Source: a virus
Lineage: Duplodnaviria; Caudoviricetes
IMG/VR virus record: IMGVR_UViG_3300014775_000389
Location: 1-33,420 of that record
Direction: 5' to 3' (one strand)
DNA: 33,420 nt
Both the position numbers and the translations under genes were made by a program. The notes beneath the pieces were generated by a model. It was not told the DNA's origin. It did not search any database and saw only the letters and a program-made list of their open reading frames with translations. Below are positions 1 through 8,976 of the stretch, one piece after another (position 1 is the first letter of the stretch; each line of letters starts with the position of its first letter).

Positions 1-1209
1 ATTTACATCAATAACTTTAGCATTTCTCTCTTGTATCTTAAGTAACTCCGTAGGGGAGGCTCCAACAGAGTATCGAGGACTAGGGATAGTTAAACCCGTA
101 GTGGGGACAGGTTGGATTCTTCCTGGTCCTTGAGGCTCTAACGCAGGAGCTTGAGGTACTAAAGGAAGTCTGTCCGCTGGAATGCCACCAGGATCAGGCT
201 GAAATTGAGAGACAGGTTCAGAATTACAGAAGCCCACTATATCCCCTGTAGTTGGAGGGGCTGGTGGGCACCGAGTTTGACAGTTTGCCAAAGAGTTAGG
301 TTGTTGGCAAGGCGTCTCCTCTACCTTTACGCTGGGATCTAAGATAGCTGGCTTGATGACATTACCAGGGCTGTTTGGGTTTGGGATGGCTGGGGTAAAT
401 GAGCCAGGAGTTGTAGTAGCGGGGACAGGTGGATCTCCCATATTACAAGTCTTGCAATACCTGTCTTTGTAACCTATGAAATCTCCTTCTCTATTAGTGC
501 CTGGGGGACAAAGAAGTTTTTCTGTAACACACTTGTAACCAGCACCCGTAATGACGGCATTGGTAATGCCAGGACCAGTTGATTGATTAGGGCTAACACA
601 GGGGTAGACTTGACCGTTCTGACATCCTTGGCTCCCTAAAGGACCATCACTACAGTCAGGGAGCTTATACTTGCATATTGTGTCTGGTTCAAAAGGACCA
701 CAAACCTTACAATCTCTAAGTACTTGCTTAACCGTTGGCCCAGCAGGGTGGTCAGATCTTTGCCCAGGCTCACAATATACAATTTTCTCTTCACATTTGT
801 ATCTTGTCCCAGGTGGGTCAGGGCAAATATTAATTTGAGTTAAACAAGGATCCTCAGTTGGATTATCGTCACAAGTAGGAAGTCTAAACTTACAATCTGG
901 ATAACCAGGAGGAGTTAATATCGTAGAGATAATCGGATTACCCGCAGCGTCAAGACAAGGTTCACATGTTCTAACAATCCTCTCTACTAAGTGAGCATAA
1001 GGTAGTGGGCAAGGTACAGTAAACTCTACACATTTATAGAGAGGCTCTCCTTGAGGTGGTATTACGGTAACTAAGGGTAACCTGCCTGGAGGCAGACCAC
1101 CTGCTGGTTCATTATTGCTTCCAATAGGTTCTAGAGGATCTCCGGTAGGTTTGAGCCCTGGTTTATAGAACTTACCACAGTTCTCAAACAAACTACCGAA
1201 TTCACTCAT
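1..1209 (-). CDS. Cys/Pro-rich repeat protein, probably virion-associated (partial, over 403 aa, runs off the window; not in the ORF track)
   Basis: ATG at 1209-1207 overlaps the TAA of the 877-aa ORF (TAATG). Hand translation MSEFGSLFENCGKFYKPGLKP...ASPTELLKIQERNAKVIDVN has no stop through base 1. It contains three YKC-initiated 8-Cys units. Confidence 0.9.
   Translation of the reverse strand, partial: MSEFGSLFENCGKFYKPGLKPTGDPLEPIGSNNEPAGGLPPGRLPLVTVIPPQGEPLYKCVEFTVPCPLPYAHLVERIVRTCEPCLDAAGNPIISTILTPPGYPDCKFRLPTCDDNPTEDPCLTQINICPDPPGTRYKCEEKIVYCEPGQRSDHPAGPTVKQVLRDCKVCGPFEPDTICKYKLPDCSDGPLGSQGCQNGQVYPCVSPNQSTGPGITNAVITGAGYKCVTEKLLCPPGTNREGDFIGYKDRYCKTCNMGDPPVPATTTPGSFTPAIPNPNSPGNVIKPAILDPSVKVEETPCQQPNSLANCQTRCPPAPPTTGDIVGFCNSEPVSQFQPDPGGIPADRLPLVPQAPALEPQGPGRIQPVPTTGLTIPSPRYSVGASPTELLKIQERNAKVIDVN
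226..1038 (-). repeat. Three degenerate protein-level repeats (YKC-x6-C...R-x-C-x2-C...C...C...C...C)
   Basis: YKC codons start at 1038, 801 and 537. Units 1 and 2 share C-K-[FY]-x-L-P-x-C. Each unit has 8 Cys. Confidence 0.85.
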
Positions 1210-3842
1210 TAGATTAAGGTAATAGTAGGAGTCGTGTTACCAATCATTCCGTTAGTTCTAGGAGACTGTTGAGTCATAGCACTGTTATGTCCAATAATTT
1301 CATACTCAACAGTTGGGTAAAGAACGGGAGTTATATTTTTGAAATAACTAAACTGTGTCTGACTGTCTGCTGGTGCCGCTGAGTTAACTTGCGACAAAAA
1401 CACATCTCCTTGCTCTGCGTTCCCTGGGCCGATCCCAGACTCACCTCGGTTAATTCTACCCTGTCTATCATATTGTTGGAATACCCCTGGAGTTGGAATT
1501 GGGATTTCAGGAAGCGCAAACCCTGCGTATCTTCTAGCATCATTTCGATATGTCCAAGGGAAAGCTCCTGGGTTAATCATATTACCGTAGTGACCCGTCC
1601 CAATAGCATCGTCAGCAACCCAGGCGACATTGATAACAAAGTAATCTCTTGTCTTGTTAACCCAAATATTAGATGCACCACCTGCTCTACCCGTAGGACC
1701 CTTACCAACATCATTAGCTGATGATAACGGAATACAGTTAAGAAGTTTAGCATTGACTGAATAGTCTGCCATCCACGGGACATTCTCTCTGTTTATTCTA
1801 ATAAGCTTTTTAACGTAGTGAATAACTACATTTTGTCGTTGGTGTAAACCACCTCGGTAGTGATCCATTGAAGTGTGGGCAGTGACATCGACTTGCTTAA
1901 TTCCAAAGTTGTGTAAGCTAGGAGAGAATTCAGAAACGGCTGTCCACGCATTCTCCATTTCAAGAGGAGTAGGGTATTGTCCCATGCCAGTAGCCTGGGC
2001 ATAAGGTGGGAGGAAGTATTTCTCTGGGTTTGTAGACTCTGCCACCAAAGGCCAGCAAACATTGATGTGATCTCCTGGTCGCCATCTTGTATAATCACCT
2101 TTCTCAAGAGCCCAATCGGCGGCATCCCAAGACGGATCAAAGCCTATTGATCCCGGCATGTAGTTAAAGAATGCTTCGGCATCATCAGCTAATTCACTCC
2201 AAGTCCGTGTACCCAAGATGCCTGTAGAAGCTTGTCTGAACAATGCACCTTCAGGACCATAACGCATCCCTCCACACACTTGCCCAACACCTACAACTCT
2301 AGACGGAGCAGCAGGAGGAATAGGCCCGATATTATCAATCCTACCCTTAAGATCTGCGTAGACTTCTTTCCTAACCTTCTCTAAGTGAGCCTCAGTAACA
2401 ACAGGGTTAGCAATAGAGATTTGTGGGGTTGCTGCTGCAATTCCAGCACGCTCATTGTAAGCTAACTCGGTAGTTCTAAAGAAAGGACGGATGTCAATAA
2501 TGTCTTCATCTTGTAAGATATCGACCACACCACCCGCATTGGTAACTCTAACATACGCGACTGGCAGGATAGACTGACCTATGAGGGCAACCGAATCACT
2601 CTCTAAATTTTCAGAAAGAACAGGTGCCAAGTTAAGAAGGTCATCCGGCGATGGGAAAGAACCTCTTATGGTCCCTACTGTTGAAGATTCAAAGCCAGTG
2701 TATTCACCGTTCTCATCTCCAGGGTGAGCAAGCATGAGAGGGATACCGTCCACGTTACCAGTGATACGCATTAAGGTGGCTTCATCATCAGGTGCCCCAC
2801 TTCTGTTTCTAGAAACACCAACACCCGCACCTTTAAGAACACCTAAAGTCGGCACGTTGATTTTTTCGTAACCACCGTTACCGTCAGGAGAAGCAATAGT
2901 CGTTTCGTTCTGATCAATGGCTTTAGAGTAGATGAAGACAAGGTCAATTCTTTGATTAGCAGTTAGTAATTGCTTCTCACCAGTCTCATCAATGTAGTAA
3001 AACTCTTCTTCATTAAAGTCTGGGACAGTAACCGATAACTCACCGGACACATCCACAATAGATGTTCTGATAGTGCCTCTCCATCTCTTAATAAAATCAG
3101 ACTCTAACCTATTAGATTGTGATGCGTCAGGGTTGACACCTGGGGTATACACGTTTCTAATATACTGTAGTGTTTGCTCATTGACTCCAGGGACAACATT
3201 ATCTAAGTAAAGCTTACCTATGAAGTTGGGAAGAAGAGGTTCTGCTACTTGGCTGAACCCTGTTGCCGCTCTCTTTGTAATATAATCAGAAATAGATGTT
3301 GCGTTTAAAACTCCTTCCGAAACACCATCTTCGTCAGGGATAGGGTAGGTAAAGGTCCGCTCAGCCAGACCATTCATGTTCAGAGCATCGCCAGCGAGAC
3401 CTTGTTGAAATGTATCTAAGGCTGCGGAAACGACGGTTGTTCCATTAATTGTCTCAACAACGTGTTGGTTTGTATCTGCGACATCACCATTTGTTTCCAC
3501 GGTATTTGAGAAACCTAAAACTTGAGAAACCTTCTGAAGAGGTGTAATACTGTAAGCATCATTTACTCTGGCGGTATAACGTCCAGGGTTAACTCTAACC
3601 TTCCTATCTCTTCCTGTTACAAATGGCTTAAGCTCTTTGAACCCGGATCTATCAATAGAGATATTCTTACCACTCTCACCAAGAATACCATCAACTTGAT
3701 CCTTTAAGAAGTTGTTACTTTCTTCTAACTGTTTAATTGGGATATTATCAACTTCGTAATAATAAGGATCATTAGCCTTGAAGTGACGAACAGGGCTGAT
3801 GTAATTGTAGTTAGAATCGTAATAAACTATTTCGCTTGCCAT
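1209..3842 (-). CDS. Virion structural protein, putative tail fibre or baseplate-attached protein (877 aa)
   Basis: Long ORF in the baseplate operon. The N-terminal DNIPIKQLEE..FLK resembles fibre attachment segments. An internal DIIDIRPF motif is followed by a short coiled coil (HLEKVRKEVYADLKGRID). Confidence 0.6.
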   Translation of the reverse strand: MASEIVYYDSNYNYISPVRHFKANDPYYYEVDNIPIKQLEESNNFLKDQVDGILGESGKNISIDRSGFKELKPFVTGRDRKVRVNPGRYTARVNDAYSITPLQKVSQVLGFSNTVETNGDVADTNQHVVETINGTTVVSAALDTFQQGLAGDALNMNGLAERTFTYPIPDEDGVSEGVLNATSISDYITKRAATGFSQVAEPLLPNFIGKLYLDNVVPGVNEQTLQYIRNVYTPGVNPDASQSNRLESDFIKRWRGTIRTSIVDVSGELSVTVPDFNEEEFYYIDETGEKQLLTANQRIDLVFIYSKAIDQNETTIASPDGNGGYEKINVPTLGVLKGAGVGVSRNRSGAPDDEATLMRITGNVDGIPLMLAHPGDENGEYTGFESSTVGTIRGSFPSPDDLLNLAPVLSENLESDSVALIGQSILPVAYVRVTNAGGVVDILQDEDIIDIRPFFRTTELAYNERAGIAAATPQISIANPVVTEAHLEKVRKEVYADLKGRIDNIGPIPPAAPSRVVGVGQVCGGMRYGPEGALFRQASTGILGTRTWSELADDAEAFFNYMPGSIGFDPSWDAADWALEKGDYTRWRPGDHINVCWPLVAESTNPEKYFLPPYAQATGMGQYPTPLEMENAWTAVSEFSPSLHNFGIKQVDVTAHTSMDHYRGGLHQRQNVVIHYVKKLIRINRENVPWMADYSVNAKLLNCIPLSSANDVGKGPTGRAGGASNIWVNKTRDYFVINVAWVADDAIGTGHYGNMINPGAFPWTYRNDARRYAGFALPEIPIPTPGVFQQYDRQGRINRGESGIGPGNAEQGDVFLSQVNSAAPADSQTQFSYFKNITPVLYPTVEYEIIGHNSAMTQQSPRTNGMIGNTTPTITLI

Positions 3843-6800
3843 TAGTTATTCTTCTCCAAATCAAAGTTATTGACAGAAGCTAATCCCAGGGTTGAACCAG
3901 TATCAGTTTGACTGTAAGAATCACCACCTATCGGGTGCTCTCTGTATGGATAGTATATATGCACAACTTTTGCGAGCTTGGATTTACCTACGCTATTGTG
4001 TTTAGCATTAGCAAACAAGTTAGCCGCTGACTCATCCAAGACAGCTTTAATGGTGTAAGGATTGTAAACCATGTCTGATGCATAATAATAGCCCGATGGA
4101 ACAATGTCACCACTAGCATTTACTTGGTCTAAATGCTTCAACAGAGAGAAGTGCTCAGCACTTGCATTAAATAAATTACTGTTAGCAGCAATAACATTTG
4201 CCGATGGTTGATACCCTTGAGAGTATAATTGAGGAATATACCCACTCAGATCTTGGCTGCTCGGCATTAAGTAATTAGCCACGGGATCTGTCGAGAAGAA
4301 CAATCTAAACGGACCAAGGTTTTTATGAACGCTGGTACCAATGGTTGCAGACAGTTGCGGAGATGGACCGTAGTAATCTAAGACAGATATTGCTGAAGTA
4401 TCAGGGGTATTTGGAAGAGCAGACGCAACACCCCAATCACCAGAGGGACCGTGGTATCCTGCATCCAGAGGGTGAAGACCACTCACAGAAACGTAGTTTG
4501 CATGAAGCACAGAGTCGTCCGCAATATTCCAGATGAACAATCTACTACAGTTAGGGATATCACCACTGAGATCATACACAAGGCCAGAAGCATTGTGCCA
4601 TCCTGCTGGGAAGTGAACGTTCGTTATATTAACCTTACTCCCTTCTAAAGCTCTAAGGCACATACCTCCAGTGGAAATCTCGTCAATATCCGTTGCGGTG
4701 GATCCGTCTGTTAAAAGCTTGAGATAGTAGTTCTCCTTGCCTGGAATGGCAGATCCTGCGGAGTTTGTAAAACTATTTTGAGTGAAGTATGAATTACCTG
4801 TTCTACTTAAGTCTGTGCCATTAGTTGAGTTAGTGATAGCAAGATCATTAATGTAGGCATTAGGGTAGAATTGAATATACCCAGCACTAACATTATTCCT
4901 GTATACTGCATCGTTGTTCTTCCCATCACCATTTTGAAGATAATCAAAATTGGCACTAGCGTTCAACTCTGTCCCATGGACACCCCCACCATATCGAAGG
5001 TAGTAATCCCCAAGATCTTGCATAACAACCTCAGAACTACCCTTAGAAACAAGACAGGCTCGTGTAGAGTGTAGCTCGACAGTCGTGTGGTTATGAGGAT
5101 TGCTTAAGTCGTAAGTGTTAACTAACAACTCACCATCATTATTTCTGTGTGGGACAAACTCCATCTTAGAGTTGTTATCCGCGAGAACATCAACACCTAA
5201 AGAACCGATGACTGTCGGTCCTTGGAAGGATACTGTTGAATTGTTGTTACAGAAGACACCCGCATGATGGATATGGTATTCTCTACCTGTAGGACCCGCT
5301 AAGATATTTGCAAACTTATGAGAGCCCCTCATAACAACAGACGAGTTCTTATCTACCTTAACTATACTGCCATACACAGGTCTGTCATTACCAAGTAAAG
5401 TGCTTAAATCCGATCTTCTATTTCCAACAAAGTGAACAAGCTCTACGTCAGAATTTCTAGAGACATCCACAGAAGGTAATAAGTTGTTAAGAGTTGCATC
5501 AGTGAGTAATGGATTAGCAACGCCAAAAGCACCTGAGGTGTAGAATTGACTGAACACCGAAGGAACAGAACTAGCTTCACCAGCAGTGACGATAGAATTG
5601 TTAGCTTTTAAGTGTGTGCCATTGTCTACTAAGGTAACCTGATCAAACCTGTATTGGTTTGTAGTGCCGTAGGTGTAAAGGTCATAAGGCTCCTTACCAT
5701 ACACAAATGTAGAGTTGTTAAGCAGAAGAGCTTCTGCTTGATTATCTTTGCATTTGAGACAGTCAGTCTCAATCTTAGAATCAGAAGAATCTATGCCTCT
5801 GTAGTTACCGTAAAGGAGAACTCTGCCCTTATTATCAAACTTACTTTGCTCCAGCTTGATACCAGCCTCCGTGTTCAACTCCATGAAAAGCTGCATAGCG
5901 TCAAGGAATCTAGGGGTCGAGCTTCCGTCTAACTCTGTCCTTCCACCAGTAATGTGTGAGTTGATAGCGTGTAGACCAATGTCGTTCCTAGAGAGACAGA
6001 ACAAAGCCTCTACCGAAGGAGAAGGAATACTTCCAGTGTAGTTATTATACACAGAACCAGAAGCCTCCGTAGACTTATCAATATCTCTTTGGAACGTAGA
6101 GCTTACATTAATTGTAGAATTTAAAGCATAGATACCCGCACCATAAGAATCTTGAGACTTGTAGTTAATTCTCTTATCAGAGAAAGGAATACCCGTTCTG
6201 ACAGAGTTAACTAATTCGTAGTTTCTATATGCAACAAAGCCTCTCAGTAGTACGACATTAGAGTTGTCGGCGTATAAGCCAGCTTTGTTCGCTCTAGAAA
6301 CGGAACATCTTTCTAAGAAGACATCCGAATTTAAAATCTCTATACCATTGTCTCTAGTATGCTGAGCATCAACTGTGAAGTTCCTAATGTAGATCGGACC
6401 ATTACAGTTTTGAACCTTTATATTTGTAAGGTGATTCGCGTAAGCGAACGCGGCTGCGCCGTCTGTAAAGGTGCCATCGTTGTCAATACCCCACTTAACC
6501 TCACTGTTAGTTAAGTAGTTTAAAGTACTGACATCGTAGGTGTTCATCTCAGTCGTTCTACGAGCAGCAGGAGCATCGAAAGCTTCAAACTTAAACGAAC
6601 TTGTGTCTTGAATCGTACCCGTGTTTTCCCAGGGTTGTATGGTGCTGCTTAACGCAGCAGTCATTCTATTGTTTTTAGAACTTACTCTTCTACTAAACAC
6701 ATACTTACCCACTGTCCCATACCTAGCGTCATCATAGCGATTAGCCGAGGAAGCTGCGTAGACTCCACTGGTGTAGGTCTTAGAGCTATACATATCAAAC

Positions 6801-7357
6801 GGAAGTGACGGTGCGCTTGTGTTAGTAGAGATCTGAGTGAGCGTATCACCCGCAGGCACGACCGCAGACGCAATATCATAATCAGTGTAATCAGTATTAA
6901 ACTCTTGGACCGCAAAAGCGTCCCCACCGCTTAAAGCTATACCACCGCCGAACGAGCAGTTTCTATTAACAATCTCTAATGATCCTCTAGGTCCAAAGAC
7001 CTTAGAAGGAATTTCTAAAGAACCCAAGTCGCCAAAGGAGACGACCTCAACCAGAATTGGGTAATTGATAACATCAGGAAGAGCTTCCATGCACGAGCTT
7101 AGCGTAGCAAAGTAAGCTGGGAAGCAGCCTTCATCTGCACCAGCAGAAACGATGAAGGTCATGCCTGTGATGGCTGACGTAGGAGCACCTAACCTCTCCC
7201 ATAGCAGGTGAGTTCTCTCATCTAAATCGTGAAGAGGTAAGTTATCCTGTTCCCAATTGTAGAAAGAGCTAGCGTCATACTTAGTAACCTTGTCGGTCCA
7301 GCAAACCCTAAGATCGCTGCTACCACCAGAAACATAAACATCACTTGGGTTTAACAT
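3842..7357 (-). CDS. Putative tailspike-like protein with right-handed parallel beta-helix (1171 aa)
   Basis: Recurrent G[IL]-x(3)-[ND]S-x-[VI] rungs (GIEILNSDV, GLYADNSNV, GIYALNSTI, GLHAINSHI, GVFCNNNSTV), typical of pectin-lyase-like folds. It lies downstream of the baseplate wedge genes. Confidence 0.7.
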   Translation of the reverse strand: MLNPSDVYVSGGSSDLRVCWTDKVTKYDASSFYNWEQDNLPLHDLDERTHLLWERLGAPTSAITGMTFIVSAGADEGCFPAYFATLSSCMEALPDVINYPILVEVVSFGDLGSLEIPSKVFGPRGSLEIVNRNCSFGGGIALSGGDAFAVQEFNTDYTDYDIASAVVPAGDTLTQISTNTSAPSLPFDMYSSKTYTSGVYAASSANRYDDARYGTVGKYVFSRRVSSKNNRMTAALSSTIQPWENTGTIQDTSSFKFEAFDAPAARRTTEMNTYDVSTLNYLTNSEVKWGIDNDGTFTDGAAAFAYANHLTNIKVQNCNGPIYIRNFTVDAQHTRDNGIEILNSDVFLERCSVSRANKAGLYADNSNVVLLRGFVAYRNYELVNSVRTGIPFSDKRINYKSQDSYGAGIYALNSTINVSSTFQRDIDKSTEASGSVYNNYTGSIPSPSVEALFCLSRNDIGLHAINSHITGGRTELDGSSTPRFLDAMQLFMELNTEAGIKLEQSKFDNKGRVLLYGNYRGIDSSDSKIETDCLKCKDNQAEALLLNNSTFVYGKEPYDLYTYGTTNQYRFDQVTLVDNGTHLKANNSIVTAGEASSVPSVFSQFYTSGAFGVANPLLTDATLNNLLPSVDVSRNSDVELVHFVGNRRSDLSTLLGNDRPVYGSIVKVDKNSSVVMRGSHKFANILAGPTGREYHIHHAGVFCNNNSTVSFQGPTVIGSLGVDVLADNNSKMEFVPHRNNDGELLVNTYDLSNPHNHTTVELHSTRACLVSKGSSEVVMQDLGDYYLRYGGGVHGTELNASANFDYLQNGDGKNNDAVYRNNVSAGYIQFYPNAYINDLAITNSTNGTDLSRTGNSYFTQNSFTNSAGSAIPGKENYYLKLLTDGSTATDIDEISTGGMCLRALEGSKVNITNVHFPAGWHNASGLVYDLSGDIPNCSRLFIWNIADDSVLHANYVSVSGLHPLDAGYHGPSGDWGVASALPNTPDTSAISVLDYYGPSPQLSATIGTSVHKNLGPFRLFFSTDPVANYLMPSSQDLSGYIPQLYSQGYQPSANVIAANSNLFNASAEHFSLLKHLDQVNASGDIVPSGYYYASDMVYNPYTIKAVLDESAANLFANAKHNSVGKSKLAKVVHIYYPYREHPIGGDSYSQTDTGSTLGLASVNNFDLEKNN

Positions 7358-7358
7358 A

Positions 7359-7970
7359 TTATCCGAAAGTTATTGTCCATCTAAAAACCAGACCGAACTG
7401 GTTTGTTTTTCTAATGTCACTGAAGTATCTGTATGCTGCCATAACAGAAGTATCGTCAATTCTGTCCCCTGTAGGATTCTTGACGAACAAAGCAATTTCA
7501 TTTAAAGCAGCTTCAGCATTCCCAGGTCTAGAGATATCATTACAAGAGTCTTCATCAATAAAGATAGTGTATCTAACCGATCTGTCATCAATTCGAGTTA
7601 CCTTTGTGTAAGGAATTTTAGCGAAGACGGCATTTGGAGTTGAGTCATTCTTGTATTGTTTAGCAGTAAATGCATTGAGATTACTGTCTCCAATACCTAA
7701 ATACTCATCAGTAGAACTCAGAGGACCAGATAACTCAAAAGTAGAACTAACCTGCGCTCCACTATTACCACTAACTCCGATCTGGAAACGATCAATCTGG
7801 AAATCTGTGATGCTGTCCGCAGCAGCTAAGGCATACAGGTAACTCATCGACCAGCCAAAGCCAGAAGTGATCACGTTGTCTTCGTCATACACAAGCTCTT
7901 CCTGCCCATCCATAACTTTATGAATCGTCAGGTGGCCTTTCATATTAATTTGATCTACGAAATTATACAT
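7359..7970 (-). CDS. Baseplate or tail-fibre attachment protein (tail-collar/P2 gpH N-terminal-like, 203 aa)
   Basis: Pattern NVIT-x-G ... FQIG ... LNEIALF ... AYRYFSDIRKT ... FRWTITF, typical of this beta-sandwich family; supported by synteny. Confidence 0.6.
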   Translation of the reverse strand: MYNFVDQINMKGHLTIHKVMDGQEELVYDEDNVITSGFGWSMSYLYALAAADSITDFQIDRFQIGVSGNSGAQVSSTFELSGPLSSTDEYLGIGDSNLNAFTAKQYKNDSTPNAVFAKIPYTKVTRIDDRSVRYTIFIDEDSCNDISRPGNAEAALNEIALFVKNPTGDRIDDTSVMAAYRYFSDIRKTNQFGLVFRWTITFG

Positions 7971-7971
7971 C

Positions 7972-8976
7972 TTACAGGAAATTAAACTTTAGTGTGAATG
8001 TCGGTCCATCATTTGTTAAGAATGAATCGTTGTAAGCAGACTCAAGACCTGGAGTAGATCCATTGTCTTCGTGATCTAGCAAGTTATCCCAAAAAGTTAC
8101 CTTTGAGACCAACTTATAGATACTGTTATTATTTAGAGCATCCCAAGAATAAGGTGGACTTATCCCTGAGGCAAGCATAGCACGCATATCAAGGCAGTAT
8201 ACGCCGATATGGTTCACGCCACCATACATGGCTAAGGTCACAGCGTCACCCCTCTGAGGGACAACTGCAAGCCCCACAGAGCCCAGGGTTGCGTTAAAGT
8301 TCACGGAGCTATAGATGACTGGTCCTCCAGATAACTCTGCACCTTGTGTGGCTCCTAAGGTAGAATCCAATCCGCTAACTTGACTGACTTTAACGTAGCC
8401 GTTCTTGTCAACAAGGTTGTATTGATTATACATTCCGCTAAGAACACCGGAAGCTAATGTTCTACCCTCTGAATCTGTTATAAAATATTCCTTCCCTGCT
8501 GATGATGGAGGAGAGAATCCTCCTAGAATATTCCAAACGCTGCTAACGGAGGAATCTATCCATGTATTAGGGTAATGTCCTAGATCAGGTGCAGTCCCTG
8601 AATAAGATGATGCAGTGATAGTTCGTGTAGAATCCATCTCCAGACGAGTATGATTGGGTGCTGGGAATTGAGGAACCGAGTTATATGTCGCAGAGAACTC
8701 TGCGTGTGCCCCACTAGGATGATAGGAGCTAACATAGGGAGCAGAATTTAAATAATTGATAGCTATAACCGAATCATTATTATACGCATCAACACCTTCC
8801 ACGGTACTTACAGAGTGAGCATGGAAGTTATATCCTTCAGCGTCCTTTCCAAATGTCACCGCATGAAAAGTATAGTTAGACGTATCAAGAATAGAGCTAG
8901 CAGAGGATATCCCGCTTAACTCAGGGTTAACCGTTAAGATGTTAGCCAGTATCTCTCCGAATCCTTCTAAAAACAT
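7972..8976 (-). CDS. Putative baseplate structural protein (334 aa, start revised to MFLEGFG)
   Basis: ATG at 8976 overlaps the upstream TAA (TAATG). The HIGVY...LVSKVTF...FTLKFNF ending echoes the neighbouring 203-aa protein. Confidence 0.65.
   Translation of the reverse strand: MFLEGFGEILANILTVNPELSGISSASSILDTSNYTFHAVTFGKDAEGYNFHAHSVSTVEGVDAYNNDSVIAINYLNSAPYVSSYHPSGAHAEFSATYNSVPQFPAPNHTRLEMDSTRTITASSYSGTAPDLGHYPNTWIDSSVSSVWNILGGFSPPSSAGKEYFITDSEGRTLASGVLSGMYNQYNLVDKNGYVKVSQVSGLDSTLGATQGAELSGGPVIYSSVNFNATLGSVGLAVVPQRGDAVTLAMYGGVNHIGVYCLDMRAMLASGISPPYSWDALNNNSIYKLVSKVTFWDNLLDHEDNGSTPGLESAYNDSFLTNDGPTFTLKFNFL

Noticed and set aside
101-436. Short DNA similarity (ggggacagg...gat) at about 103 and 421
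   Set aside because: Explained by repeated PVP-T peptide linkers, not an independent DNA element.
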